A stretch of 62,901 bases of DNA, filler included, from Basidiobolus ranarum (GCA_040143965.1; 9 parts of 9 records of this genome joined end to end with filler, not necessarily neighbours in it); one strand, 5' to 3'. Shown: positions 25,939 to 39,800, counted from the whole stretch's first letter. Made by a program: numbers and translations. The notes: generated from the sequence alone by a model not told the origin.

Positions 25939-26314
25939 TGTTGAAGTTTACTGTCTCTATCATATATATTATCTCTATCCTTATACACCTAACTATTTCA
26001 CATATCACATATTAGTAAGTTAACATTACTTAGTCAAATATCACTTAACTCAAAATTGGAACATATTACATATATATTTGAATTATGTGAGAATTAGCAA
26101 TTCCATGTTGAAAATTTCAAACTTATCCAAATTGCCCTAAAAATGTCTGATTTTACTCCCACAGATGTTCTGAACACAACCCCAGTTTTAGTTTTCTATG
26201 TTTCCATCAAAATGTATAAATGCTTAATTTCTGGACAATAAATAATTATCTCACAAAGCTATTCACAACTCCACTTTTCTGAAGTTCCTCCAAACAGCCC
26301 AAATGTCCCCAATC
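25939..26314 (+). repeat. 3' LTR, family B
   Basis: Preceded by PPT GAGTGGGAG (25930-25938) and followed by the TSD AGAAC. Confidence 0.92.
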
Positions 26315-27465
26315 AGAACAGCCTTATGACACATCTTGCAAAATTCCTCTGTCTCAACACAGCATTATCATCAATGAGCTTGTTTGAATTAAAATGACCA
26401 AGTTTACCCAGTTGAGAAATAGTCAGAGATGTATCATGTTTATATATCATAGTGTAACAATATCATTAAATAAGTTATGGCAATTGACTTTTACAAGTTC
26501 TTCTTAGTAGTTTTCTTTACTCACTAGTGCATATCATGTGAAATCTGCAAACTATTATCAAAGCAAACTTTGAGTCAACCATTTGCCAGCAAAAGGCCAA
26601 TGAGCTAAGAAAGTTACAAAGTTTGACTGCAGGCTTAAATAACAAGGAAAATAGTATGGCTATATATGTTGAAAACCCTTTCATTAGTAAAATTTTCTTT
26701 TACTATATATCCTGATATAATGATAACCCCCAGATGGTTTTGGCAATGAAGCATAAAGTATGAAAGCAGAGTAGAGCTCTCCATCCACCATTACCTATTT
26801 GTTCCAGCTTCAAAACAATAACTCTTATTGCATATATTCAGACTATGTCTTGTATAATCTGTTTGTATGATTGTGGTATACAAACAGTAAAATGTTTCAA
26901 AACAATATACCAAGTCAGCTTGGTGATTTAAACATGGTGCTTTTTTGCTGAATTACAAAGTGTAGAGAAGCATTCAGATAGTGGGGACTAGGCAAGCACT
27001 GATCTTCTCTCTATTTGGAGAATGAAGCCTATCATAGGAAAGCTATTACTATTAGCAAACCTTAAAGAATAATAGTATGTATCTCCATTGATGTTATCAA
27101 GTGTTCCACCAAAATAAGCCACCTAAGATTAACTTCAGACTTTAATAGCTGCAAATAGAAGCTAGATGTAGTTAACACATTGTGTATGATGAAAGACCTA
27201 GTTGGCTACACAAGCCAGTGCAATTTAACATGGGAAAAAGCCATATACTGTAATAGATCAAAGTTTATTGAGAGTGTAAAGATAGTAGCTGTAGTTACAT
27301 ATTAGAGCTATTTATGTACTGACTTCTCAGCTTACTGCTAGAAAATATTGGCAGTTTAAAAACCCTAGATATCACCAGCTTTGAAACTTTAGTCACAGTA
27401 TGACATGCTTTTGCAATTGCCTAACATTATAGGTAACAGGCATTAGGTGCATTGACACAAAATAT
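26315..27465 (+). pseudogene. Probable MULE/FAR1-type transposase relic; continues at about 21420-21509 across the copia insertion
   Basis: Decayed motifs in the expected order: L*HILQN, FELK*, a STQRVES-like SAYHVKSAN and SWIM-like CNCLTL*VTGIRC. CpG-poor. Confidence 0.5.
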
Positions 27466-27813
27466 TGTTGAAATTGGGCAAATAGCATGTCATTATTTAT
27501 AGTTTGTTTGTTTGTATTCTGATTATTTAGCACAGAGTTCTGCCATTCAACAATGTGCGTTTATAGCTCTAATAGATAAAAATACCAATTAGATCATCTT
27601 TATTTATTTTCACTATTTTCTCAAAATCTCACCAAATCACCTTAAATTTTCACACATGTTTAACAGACGTACTTGTTATGATCTAAGTATGTTCAATATT
27701 CCCATGTCACAGTAAACTCTAAATGGGACAAATTCAATTTAATAAAGCTTAAGTGTCTGATTCACAAAAAATCTTGTTCTAAACACTTCCAAATGCCCTA
27801 AACACTTTTATCA
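27466..27813 (+). repeat. Solo LTR, family A, with 5-bp TSD AATAT
   Basis: AATAT|TGTTGAAA...TTTTATCA|AATAT. Another LTR A start fragment lies at about 27909-27961. Confidence 0.9.
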
Positions 27814-30800
27814 AATATGATGGGAGGCAACAAATTGCTTCAATCTTTATGGAAGTAGCAAGTATTGTGAGTAGAATTTTCAATCATTTTTAAAATGGTA
27901 GCTATACCTTTTGAAATTAGGTAAATAGCAACTCATTATTTAGTAGTTAGTTTATTCATATNNNNNNNNNNNNNNNNNNNNNNNNNNNNNNNNNNNNNNN
28001 NNNNNTTAATTAATTAANNNNNNNNNNNNNNNNNNNNNNNNNNNNNNNNNNNNNNNNNNNNTTGAAAAACCATACCCAGATTAAGATCACACTGAGTCAT
28101 GAGCTTGACCAACCTTCAACTATTTATTAACTGCTTGATGATCCCCGCAAATCAGCACCACTTACCCTGAGTCAGATTTAACTTGTCTTTTATGGAATGA
28201 ATTCAGGGAAGTTCTAAATAACTCGAGCGCTTTTTTATATCATTTCAGGGGCAGAGCCTGGTAAATTAAGACTTTAACTCAAACAGTACCCGGACACTTC
28301 TGTTGTATGGGGGAGGAGCGGTGTAACTGTACTCTCAGATCCGCTAGACCACTATGATGAGCCAAGGGGATATCCAGGAATACAGATAAACCTATATGTA
28401 TTGACAAGCGAAATCTCCACGCAGTTCATTCATGTGATAGTATTCGTCTCACAAAGGATGGCGGCGATACCTACCTTACATTTAGCTTCAATCGTTGGTA
28501 TATTCCTTTGGCACTTGATTTGATACCTAGATTTTGATACCTCGACGGTCAAATGAACATCATCGTTACCAGGAGTGTGTCCATCTAGAATTGCTGGATC
28601 CATGCCAAGACAATGATGAATCTCTCCAAACCACTGAAACCTCCGCCAGCCAGATAATCCAAGGACCAGATTGGAACTTTTAATAATAGTACTCGTTGCA
28701 CGTAAAATGACCACGATCCATATTCAGCTTTGGTAAATACATACAAATACTATGGATATCTGTAGAGCTCGTTGAAATGGATCTGTAAACGCCTGGTTCG
28801 TATAAGATATATCCAACTCCCTCATCTAGGTTAACTATCGGTATCTTGCTCTTCCACCAATGTGTTGATAATATTAAATGTTAGTTGAGCTACAAATGGC
28901 TAGCATGTATCCGTATATGACCTCTTCAAGGATCAGATATCTAATGCAGAGTAACTCACGGTAAACCGCAACGAATGTCCCTCGATATTGCAGATATTCT
29001 TGTTTCTGATATGTCGTACTATCTTATGTCAACACAAGGGCATTTTATGAGACAAGTGCCAATTGATAGAATTGCCGATTGAGCTGCTCGTTCCAATGAA
29101 GTAATGTACCAAACACTACATCTCAATCATACATCGTTTGGCCTATCACTGCCAATACCTGGAGATCATGGATACTTTATACAACTCCCACCGGGTTACT
29201 AAGTGTAGTGCATGTCTATTGGTAGCTCTCTCTCTTACTTCACTCCCAGCCCTTGCCCCAATTTAGAACAGCATTCACTGTCTTGCAGCATGTTAAAATC
29301 AAAAGAAGCGACATATGAGAATGGTTCGATTTTCTAGTTCATCGAAAGAAGTTCTACTGATGTCTTGATAGACAACACGGTTCACATTATCCCTGACTCG
29401 CTATTGTGGGCTAACACAGTAGGCGGGTAAGCAGGATATCTGGTATTTTAAATTGGCAGGCGTTCACTGTAAGCAGCATACTTGAAACTTTTAGAGACAA
29501 ATCTCGCTTGAAGCTATCAGGAACTTCTGGGTAATACCCTTATGGATTGACAATTCGTATCATACATTTCACAAATCGAAATTCATGTTTCTCGTTTTGA
29601 AACCAAAGCCATTCAGCACATGGAGACAGATTAGCACTACTATCGAGAAGAAGTTTAACCTTCGTATAGTTTTTGAGCATCCCTGTTACACGTATTTATG
29701 GAAATCCCTGCAGCTACCGCCACAATTATAGATTCAATATGGCTAATCTGGTTATAATAAGGTATAGACTTCATCAAATCTAATATGTGACTGAGCGCCT
29801 CCTGTTCAAATATTAAAGAAAAACCCTATATACACTAGAGCTTAAACTGATTCAGTTTTTTGGATGTTGATATCCGAATTGCGATATCTCGATAATTACA
29901 TGAATAGATCCATTGAAACTTCTGATACTACATCTATTGTCTCTAGGTAAACAGTTCATTGAGTATGACCTTGATCACAATGAGCAGCCATTTAGTTAAT
30001 GCATTATCCAGTGCCATTGAATCAGTGTAAGGATTTTTTTAGAGATATTTCAAGCTGTCTTTAAATTTTGAATCAGCACTCATATATCTAGAGAAAACAT
30101 GAATATTGACACACTTTTCCTTTGATAGATCATTGTCTATACTTCGTTTTACTTCAAAGGAGATTAAATTGCTTGGCTACAATATTTGACTAGCAAGGCA
30201 TATTTTAGCAGTCAATTGTATATTCTCTAGAGTACAAGCAAAGTGATGATCTTAGGACAAATGTAAACTCTCTACTGGTTAATCTGGCATTATTACAAAA
30301 TGAAAATACTCTTCCTCTTGTGAAATTGCGTGAATTTGATACTTCATAATCATACAATACCCAGATCGCTATGATCTACACTATAATCATCCAACTCTCG
30401 AATCTTGTTTCCGGTAATTCCAGATGAAGAATTTTCCCCCTAGTCTGGCAATGTTACTGATACTCTATGTGATTATTACCACTACCACTTTAAGGCAATA
30501 TATCAGTATTCTAGTGTTACGGGAAATTTAGTACTATTTAATATGGTAGTTATTTAATTTACTGTGCTAAACGTTAGAATTTTGAAGCCATGACGCATGG
30601 TCTGTAGTTCGCGGCGATAGAAAAAGATACAGCCAAAAACGATAGAACTTACTGGGGAATAGTGTAGTACTATCCCCGATAGCGGTATCAAGTAATCACT
30701 CTGTTGAAAACTGATTAACGAAACCAATGATTACAATCCTTGTTAACGAAGTGACTGGAAGCACAAACACTATAGCAAATTGCGCAACATGAGAAAATCC

Positions 30801-33039
30801 ATCTCGCCCAACCTGTTGGTTTCGGAGATATAATAATATAGAAAGCAAACCAGTTATGAGGGCTAGAGCATATGGTATTCCTACTATATTTGCTGCTTTC
30901 TTACAAGGATTTAAGTTCATATCCGTGCATACTTCTGAAAGGAACAGTAAGTAGTGCTGACACCATACCATATTTGAAATTTCCCAAATAATGCCTCAAT
31001 CCACTGATGACCCTGGGAGCATATTTCTGCTGTAACTACTTAATATTTCCATCATGAAGCATTCGTTTTAACACAATAGAAAGTCAGGGTGAATCCAATA
31101 TTTCTTCTGACTCCTCCAAGGATGGCCAATCTATGCCATATGATACCAATATTATTCATATTTATATTTATATACTACGATACTTTTCACTCCGTGAACA
31201 TACATTTTCAAACTATAGCCACTACTGGTGTTTCTAACTTGGTGTTGGAACTTTTATATATAGTTGCCTTTTGAATATTATATATGCCTCTATTAGTTAC
31301 TTTGCCAACTCCAGTTTGAGTCCAAGTAATTTGTCAAAGATAGCAAATTTTCTGAAAGTGCAACATTCAATGAACTATGGAAAATGGTAATTGTCCAACA
31401 TTTTCATCCTATTTTTATCATTACATGATATTGATTAAAACTGATGGAAATGCTATAGCAAGAATATGAGTTGCTTAGAAAGAGTATTGGACAAGTGGGC
31501 ATAATATGAACTTGAGAGATGTTTAATAGTTAATCTGAAATTCTAAACATTTTATATGCTTTTGAGCTAAGTGATATTTGACTAAAAAATGTTAACTCAC
31601 TTAGACACTATACTTGAAATAGATCACTATTATGATAACGGTAATAAGCCTTCAACAGATGTGTCTGCATTCACAGAATTATTCACGTTTATGTTTAACA
31701 TATCGCTTAATCATAACCCAAATATCAGTCTCTGACCTGTCAAGGGCGATTCCACTATCATTAGTGATATTGGTGTACCTGTATTATGTACTCTCAGTAC
31801 ATTCGCTTTGAGCTATATGTTTGCAAATTATTATTCTACTTTGGGACGCCCTACATTACTACTGATGGTAATATACTACACATAGCTGGGCTCAGTGCCA
31901 AATATTAAGTTTTGGATTTCAGCTCTTTCAATTGAGTTTGTCAGGATACTGCTTAATTACTTTCTCAGTATTAATGGAGAAATGATACCAAAACACTTGC
32001 GGACTTTCATATCACCCCTGCGGGAATTCGGATAGTTTATTCAATTTAGAAACTTTGTGTAAGTTAGTTACTCAACAGTACTTTTAGTTATTTGAAATGT
32101 TAGTACGAATTCTGTAATTGCGCCATAAAAAAAGTGAACGGAGTATTGTCAATTCAACTTGAATACTGACAATAAAAAACTGCAGTGATATATCACTAAT
32201 ATGTTGGTAGTCGGTGTTCAATATTTCATATTGTACAGAAATGTAACAGCTTCAAATGTGAACCTTATCTATAGTAATTTAAACATTTGCTATAAGGACA
32301 CCGAAAATGTAGGAATGGAGCAACTGCTAGGGTGTATTAGCTTTAATGCACCAAGAGTAGTGACGTATAAGCCCAGCCATATCCAACATCCAGGTGAGTA
32401 CCCGAACCTTCCATATCCATTTAATAATACACCACAGTCGGTAACTACCGACATGGACCAAGTTAAGAATTTCGAAGCATTTGGTAATTGCAATAGATTG
32501 GCGTTGATTTACCGATATATCAAGGGAAAAAGACACTAGTTATCGGATGGCATGGGGACAACTGCAGGTCGTATCCCTGTATCATGAGTCTAATCGCATT
32601 TTGATCACATACTGTGTGTGGTCAAAGTGTGAGGGGGATGTCAACAACCAATTAATCAATAAAGAACATTCAAGAACCAAAAATCAGGTGCGTTTATGTA
32701 TATGTATTTTCCAGAAATGTTCATGCATTCGAGGCTACTAAAGTATGATTAAAATTGGACCAACCAAAAGATGGGTTGATCAACGAAACAGCTGGGATTA
32801 AGAAATAGAAAGAGAAGAAAACAGATGAACTGGTTTGAAAATTAACACGAAAGTATTAGGATTTGTTGTAGGGAAAGTGCTCGCTAACTCCTAGAGTTAA
32901 TGGTTCATCTATTCTGAGCTATAATCAACGGGAATCTCGAGACGACTGTGAAATATGTCAAAGTGAAAAGATGAAAATCTTCCTAAATATAAACAACGGA
33001 AATGGTTGATGTGCGATAATCAATCGACTTGGAAATCAA

Positions 33040-34157
33040 CTAAGGAAATGATGTGGTATGTGTGTGAAGGGTGATTTCAGTGATAGGTGAATCTTTATCG
33101 TATGTATCTATCCAAGGAGCCGTAAGGTTTGGATGAACCAATCTATTCTTGTCCGAGCTCCGTCGTTGTAGGGAGGAGGCTTGTTCATTCAACGATAGTC
33201 CATTCCCACTGGAGGTATGATGTAGGGAGCTCGTGGGCTTATCAGCCACAGCCAAAGATTTATTGTTTGACCTGTTATTTTGATAAATTTCGAGCTGTTC
33301 AATGAGGAGTTTCGACGTTATCAGCCCTAAAAGATTTGGAATAATGGTATCTTTGTTAGTCCCAGCAAGTAGTATCCAAGAACAATTCATCGTTACTGGT
33401 GTAAAAGAAATGACTACTTACAAGAAATATATTGAAACACCGAGAACTCTTGTGGCCAGCGACCCCAGAATGTGACAACAGTAAGGACTATTTGGACAAT
33501 TGCTACACCCACCGAGTAGATTATCCCGTCCTCCACCATGGTCGTTAACCAGTCGAGGTTTTCCTTGGTTCTGCGATGGTGGATTTCCTTCACAACCATG
33601 ACGAACAATAATAATGTACATAAGGCCTCGGTGCCTACAGTACCAACTGAGTTCATCTTCGTAACCACACTCCTACAAAGATCCAACTGGTTTAAAGATG
33701 ATTGGGCCTCCATGATAATTCTCACTAAGAAATACGCTCTGCCTGCTTGACAAACCAGTGTCAATACTGCAATGATTTTAGACAGTAACCCAGAACGATA
33801 CACTCGTATATAGATCACTAGGTCGATCAGGAAGGAGGAGAGATACCAAGTAGTTTGAAAAGTTCCAAACAACCTGTCACAGCCAACCTTCTGGGAAAAT
33901 ACCTCCACTACAGAGATAAGTGTGAAAAGGGCTAGAATCATCCCTGCTACGAAGGAGATTTTGTGGGAGGTTGAGTTATTGGTGTAAGCTACTTTTAACG
34001 ACTGATACATATTACTGGCAGCGATAGGAATTGCTATGGCAGTTATCATCAGCGGAACACAATCTTCAAAGAGCGCATCTGTATTGAGAGGGTTGTGAAA
34101 AGCCATGGAATTGGGAATATGATAAGGAATGGCAATTGTAATCAAATTGCGACTCAA
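33040..34157 (-). CDS. Orphan multi-pass (probable 7TM, GPCR-like) membrane protein, 2 exons
   Basis: Exon 1 runs to 33422, then a 95-nt intron 33421-33327 (GTAAGT...ACTAAC...TTTTAG), then exon 33326-33040. About seven hydrophobic segments, Cys in two predicted outer loops, an EDGIIYS motif and a Ser/Thr-rich tail. The start may be the downstream MAFHNP. Confidence 0.75.
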
Positions 34158-37100
34158 TCAAGATGATTCAACTAGAACTAGATGGCTTTCAGAGATATAG
34201 AAGAGAAGGTTTGTGCTAAAAATGTTCACCAACTTTGGGACTGATCCCGAGGGTACTCTCATATATAGTGGTGAAACTCAAGGTGCGTTCCAAGTCATTG
34301 ATGCCTTACATAATTTACTTAATCACTTGGGTTACTCAGGACGAATCTGTGGCACCACGGTGTGTGACACAAGCTTGACTGACCCATCTGTGATAGAGGC
34401 TAGGATCGGACAATTAGAGGAGCTGATATTCGAAACTCATTCATTCATGAACCATGCAAACAACCTATCAACAGCCACCTATGATGTCAAAGAGATCCAA
34501 ATTTGCACCACTTTCCTAATTCAACTGAGCGTATGGTGCTTTGTTTCTTTCGTGAATAAGGTTCAAGCTGTGGTTTTCATTTATTGCGTTCGCGTATTTT
34601 TTTTCAAGTGTTCTGATCGACTTGAATCCTGTTCAGATGATTCCCTTTTTCGCGATTCCTTGGCTATGTGATCCCCGATCCGCCCCATCACTTGATTCAA
34701 CTAAAAATATCTTTCAAACCAGTCAAAACTAAGATCTCAAAGTGATAGTAACCACGTACAGCTTGGGCTTGTCACCAAGCTCGACTAATAGAATGCTGAG
34801 GCACAGCAGCTTTGAGCGGCCAAAGTAGTGCAGCCGTCCTCATACCATCGGTTCTACGTGTTTTCATGCATTGTTTCCTTCCCTGTAAACCATGCAGTCC
34901 CTTCCAAATTTGCTTTTGAGTGACAACTACGACCACCACAGCGCAAGCTACATCNNNNNNNNNNNNNNNNNNNNNNNNNNNNNNNNNNNNNNNNNNNNTT
35001 AATTAATTAANNNNNNNNNNNNNNNNNNNNNNNNNNNNNNNNNNNNNNNNNNNNAATCAAAGCTGAAAAAAGCTAGTGATAAAGTCCATCTTCACTTACT
35101 AATTAAAGTCAACCATACATACAACAGTAGTATGATTCTTCAAACAAGATCTTCTACATGACAGACAATATGGCTATCTTCTTGTTCTGTGTTGTGAACA
35201 TTGCTGTGAAAATGAATAGCAATACAAGGTAGAGATATCCCCTTAACTGGGCAATAAACCTGCAGTCAAAAACTACAAAAATCAAAGGTGATAGCAATAT
35301 CCGGATGTTCAGGTTCCTTCTGGCAATTCATATTTTCCCCGGAAGCGATTTATGGATCAATCTAGGTTAGTTGGTTCTGATCATTACCTGTCGGATATGC
35401 CCGCCTATCTGAACATATGGAGTTAGTTTTAAAAGAAACTGTCAAATGAAATGCTTTAGTGTAATGGCAACGTTAACATGGCATAAAAGTTCACCTTAAT
35501 AGCATGATATGACTCCATATATCTCTTATCACTCTTTCCATATTAATTGTATTTTTGCGTTACCATTTTGTAGTACTTGGATACATACTTGGAACGTGCA
35601 CAGTTCGGGTAGTTTTAGTCTGGTTCCGGCAATATTTCTCAATTAATCCTACGATGTTATACCCCAAATTTTGAAGAATTAGAGCAGAGTTCAGTTAAGA
35701 ATTGTTCAGTTAGTCAATAAGGTTATTGTGGATACAATTAATTTTTCATTTCCAATATCAATCAAGTATGATCATGATGGACCGCAGTTCCTGTTCCTTC
35801 GGGCCCCAATGATGGATTCACTTCATCTTTTGATCAGGCCCGACTGATAGAAATGCCTTATTTAACATGAACTATGTGGCTCAGTAAATTTATCCATCAA
35901 GTCTATTGGATTACAAGAAAAAAATTAATAATATAGGAAATACCATTAGCAGATCAATCAAACTAAATAGCTCAGTCAAAACAAATCAGTCTCACATCGA
36001 ATTTAGGATAATTTTTAGTAAATTGGATAAAATTAGATCCAAAGATACAATATATTATTATATGATATCATTAATTCTCCGACAATTTAGTTTTGCATAT
36101 ACGACAGCTTTCGAATACAACTTAGATTAGGGTTAGGGTATCCATGTATGACCTTGCTTCAGCAGGATAAGTGAACACTTTCCACATATTATCGAATAGT
36201 TATAGGCTTCGTAACTCTTCTTAATATGATAATCTAGAGTTGGTCTTGGATATAATGGTTGAGAAGAAGCGTTTACTGTCATTCAGTTAGACATATTTCA
36301 TTCATTATACACTACTGTTTTATTGGTCATCATTTATCTCTATCTTTGGGACGTATGCAACATAGTAATACGCGAGCATAACTCATCTCAGTATGTTGAT
36401 TTGAGCATTTGAAAAGATCGTCTATTGATAGATATTAATACTCTCAAACCTTTCCAGGTTCATGAAGTAACTTGAGATCCAACGTTTGTTAATGTGAGTG
36501 TTTTAACTTGACTTGTTTGAGATCTCTGGATTTTTTTTATATGTCGTCACTTCTTATATTTACTGCAACTACTTGCAGTTTTATTATTGGCTCGGCAGAG
36601 TTTAGTGTTGAAGTACTACACGAAGCTGGTCCTGTACGAGTATAACCTTAGGGTTAGGAAGGCCTTGGAGGCACCAAAAATCTCTAGAGTTATGGACTAA
36701 TTATGTTCATCGTAGCTACAAAAACCGTGGCTTAATACTAGTCCTTGAGAGCCAGCGTTTACTGGACAATGACTCCATGAATTCGATCAAGATTGATAGG
36801 AGTTGGATGTGCCTAATATTGCAAGATAGCGTGAACTTGTGCCATATATCACTTAAATTAATAAGTCCTATCTACGCTACTGATTTATTATTGGCACTCC
36901 TCTGCCGCAATGTTAGAAGGGTTTATCGCTTCCGAAGTACGACGATATAGGTAATAATTGTGATAGAATGCTCTGGGCATATGATACTTTGAATAAAGAG
37001 TATGGGCATAGTATGCAACTGGATACCATAACCCATATATGCGAATATAGTCCCCCATGGCTACAATTGACTCTACTTGCACCTTACGATAGTATGTGAT

Positions 37101-38455
37101 CAGAGTTAACATAAAGCCCGTATATCCGACTAGCTTTTGTGACGATGACTCATACCATTTAACTCTTTATTTCATGATAATCAAATCATACGTAATGAAT
37201 TCAGAGTTGCTTAGTTGATTAGAATGGTGATACTTCGCTTTAATTGATTAATTTGATCTGAGCCCCAGATATATAGTGAATTAGTGATGCTGACAACGGC
37301 ATCATGGATTGATATTAGCTTTGAGGAGGTATGGGTAGTGTGCCCGATAGATTTGAGAAACCCTGCGTTGTATTTATTATGTAGAGGATTCGTTCTCTCG
37401 CGACTGTTAAAGCAAAGTAATAATCGGTGCACATTCTATTGTAGCTGAACAGAAGTTGTATTCAATGCACTTGTTCTATCTCTCTCTTTAGATTGCTTGT
37501 AAGCAGAAATTGCAACATTCATTTAAATATATTTGACAAGTGTTGAGAAAGATACCATTTTTGGAACTTGATATTTCTTTCCTAGCTTCTTAAATACCTG
37601 TATACATGGGCAAGAAACACTTTTCTTCGTTTCCAACATCAGTATGGATAATAATTGAACTGGTGATGTGAATCCGAGATTTCCTCTGATTATCCTAAAT
37701 GCTGACCACTCAACCCTAATGTTTACAACAGGTTTATTTCATTTGGACAAGCCATCCTAAATATACATCTTTCTGGATGTTGGTTTAGTAAGCAATCGTT
37801 TCTGTAGGTACTTTTGATCAACAACACAGAATACCAATCGACCCCAGGCCTGTTGAGCTGAACGCTTGACTATCACCATATATATCTACATCCCTGCTTA
37901 TTGGTCCTAAAATAGGGACTAATTGAGAAGAAACTAATTTGGCTTTGTCAATGCAGGATTGGGTGGGAAATCGCGAGTGTTGCGAGAAAATTGCACTTGT
38001 GACCTCTTACACAAAGGTGCACCTAATAAGGATCATGTGGACGATTTCTCATCCCAAATTCTTCATTTATTGTGATTGATTGACACATAGAACATATTAT
38101 GCTGTGACATGGTGAAAATTGTTTGTAAGTGCAATGCTATCGGCTTTTAGCATCTGAAAAAGAGTCTCCGTTCTTTACACAAGTGACACACTGAACTGAA
38201 CATCAAAACGCCAACTTTCTACATCTTTCTAGAAAATTCGTACACTGGATCCTAATGTGAAGCTCGATCCTCCGCCTGTACAGTATCATATGAGTGTGAG
38301 AGTATCCGCAGTATGCTCATCTCTAGGTGACTAACAATGATGTGTTTTTTTTAACACGACAGTGATAAGTTATCACGTGGATGACGATGGTGTTGGACTA
38401 TCGTTTTTAAATAGACCAAGCGAAGATGGTTTTAGCACGATCCAATTCTTTCTAA

Positions 38456-39121
38456 ATGCTATCTATGACTCCATCAGTAGAACCTATGCCACCCACGGTA
38501 AACAATATTACTGTTCGTATGGCATTGCCCAGTGATGCCCTTCCAGTGGCAGAACTTCAGCTGGAAGTTTACCGGATCGCCTATGCTCATATACTACCTC
38601 ATTCATATTTGAATTCAGATACTCTGTACTCTGAGTTACTAACCAAACGAGAGAAGTATTATGGTGCTAAATACTCTCCCGAAGCAGTTTTTCTCGTTTG
38701 TTCGACAGAGGCTGGTGTTGACGATCCCACCCTCTCTAGCGTTGGAGCAATATGTGAAGCTGGCCCTATACGAGCATACCCAGGCCTTGAAGGCATTGAG
38801 AATTTCGACCCCTCAAATACTCTAGAGCTGTGGACTAACTATGTTCATCGCAGCTATCAAGGTCGTGGCGTTGGGCAGCGGTTATTTATCGCAACTGTCG
38901 AAGCAGCAGTTGAGAAATTCCCGCAATACGCAGGAAGGATGATGGTTATAACGTTTGAACAGAACACAGGAGGTAGAAGATTTTATGAAAAAATGGGAGG
39001 GAAGCTGTTTGGTATACTTCCCAACTACCCGATTGAAGGTCAAGAGTATCCAGTAGCTTGCTATGAGTGGAGAGATATGACACAATGGTTGGAAAGGTGG
39101 AGATCTAGCTTAAGCAAATGA
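38456..39121 (+). CDS. GNAT-family N-acetyltransferase, intronless, bacterial-like
   Basis: VRMALPSDA..VAEL...Y..ILP.SYL, acetyl-CoA motif A YVHRSYQGRGVGQRL, motif B QNTGGRRFYEKMGG and a C-terminal YEW. Confidence 0.9.
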   Translation: MLSMTPSVEPMPPTVNNITVRMALPSDALPVAELQLEVYRIAYAHILPHSYLNSDTLYSELLTKREKYYGAKYSPEAVFLVCSTEAGVDDPTLSSVGAICEAGPIRAYPGLEGIENFDPSNTLELWTNYVHRSYQGRGVGQRLFIATVEAAVEKFPQYAGRMMVITFEQNTGGRRFYEKMGGKLFGILPNYPIEGQEYPVACYEWRDMTQWLERWRSSLSK

Positions 39122-39599
39122 TTAATCCATTATAGAGTAGAATTGGATTTTGGATTTCTTACTGCTAATTGGAGGGGTTTAGTAATTGGAATGTGACCGT
39201 GTTTATCAAATCATGTGTTTGTTTGTATAACTTTAGTATTCTTTTCATAGCAATTTCAGCAAAGTACATCCTCGTATTCCAATAAAGGTGATGATTGATG
39301 TGAGCTGATAATCGCTTTTACTAGTAACTAACTGCTAAGCAGTGAGTTTGATTAATCTCCGATATTGTCATTGTGTTACTTCGGTATTTCTTTGTGTGAT
39401 GGCGCTACTAATCGCCGAAGTACAAATACTGTTAAAATTTTTTATTGACCATTAGAAACATCAATTTATTCTTGTTAGTGTGTTGGCACTAGCTAGTGGC
39501 TCTTACAACTACTGTCTTTTAATTTGAGCATATATATTCACGATTTTACTACACTACTACCTACTACTATGCTTGATCGTTTCGCTCTTCCTATACCTT

Positions 39600-39800
39600 A
39601 AAAATCTCCCTTGCAGATATCTTTCAAAAATGTAACATATGTAAAAGTTAAACTTGAATTTTCAAGTCCTTTAAATGATTCGTTTTACTCCCACGGATGT
39701 TTTGAGCACAACACCATTATTAATTTTATGTATTACCTTGAAAAGTTTAAACACCCTATTTTTGGTTAATGAATCCCTCAAACTCACAATTGCTTCATTT
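39600..39800 (+). repeat. Diverged LTR family B-like fragment (boundaries approximate)
   Basis: ttttactcccacggatgttttgagcacaac resembles ttttactcccacagatgttctgaacacaac in LTR B. Confidence 0.5.

Larger units (their letters stand above)
21510..26314 (+). mobile_element. Full-length but inactivated Ty1/copia LTR retrotransposon (family B), 4805 bp
   Basis: Paired LTRs, 5-bp TSD AGAAC (21505-21509 and 26315-26319), PBS and PPT. Gag (WKFKMQFML), protease (YIDSGAS), WHSRLGH, integrase (FIDDKTKYTWVYF, TDNGEEY), RT (ETFAPVA, DVKTTFLNGDL) and RNase H (ADILTKPL) occur in copia order, with stops and frameshifts. Confidence 0.96.

Noticed and set aside
33396-33421. In-frame 26-nt mini-intron in the 7TM gene
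   Set aside because: It lacks a branch site. The downstream ACTAAC...TTTTAG acceptor gives a normal 95-nt intron and a better TM7.
34213-34671. 152-aa ORF divergent from the 7TM gene
   Set aside because: GTG start, overlaps the likely promoter, and has no recognisable domain.
36127-36660. TTAGGGTTAGG telomere-like tracts near 36128 and 36648
   Set aside because: Only two units each and internal, so not a telomere. At most Myb-type sites.
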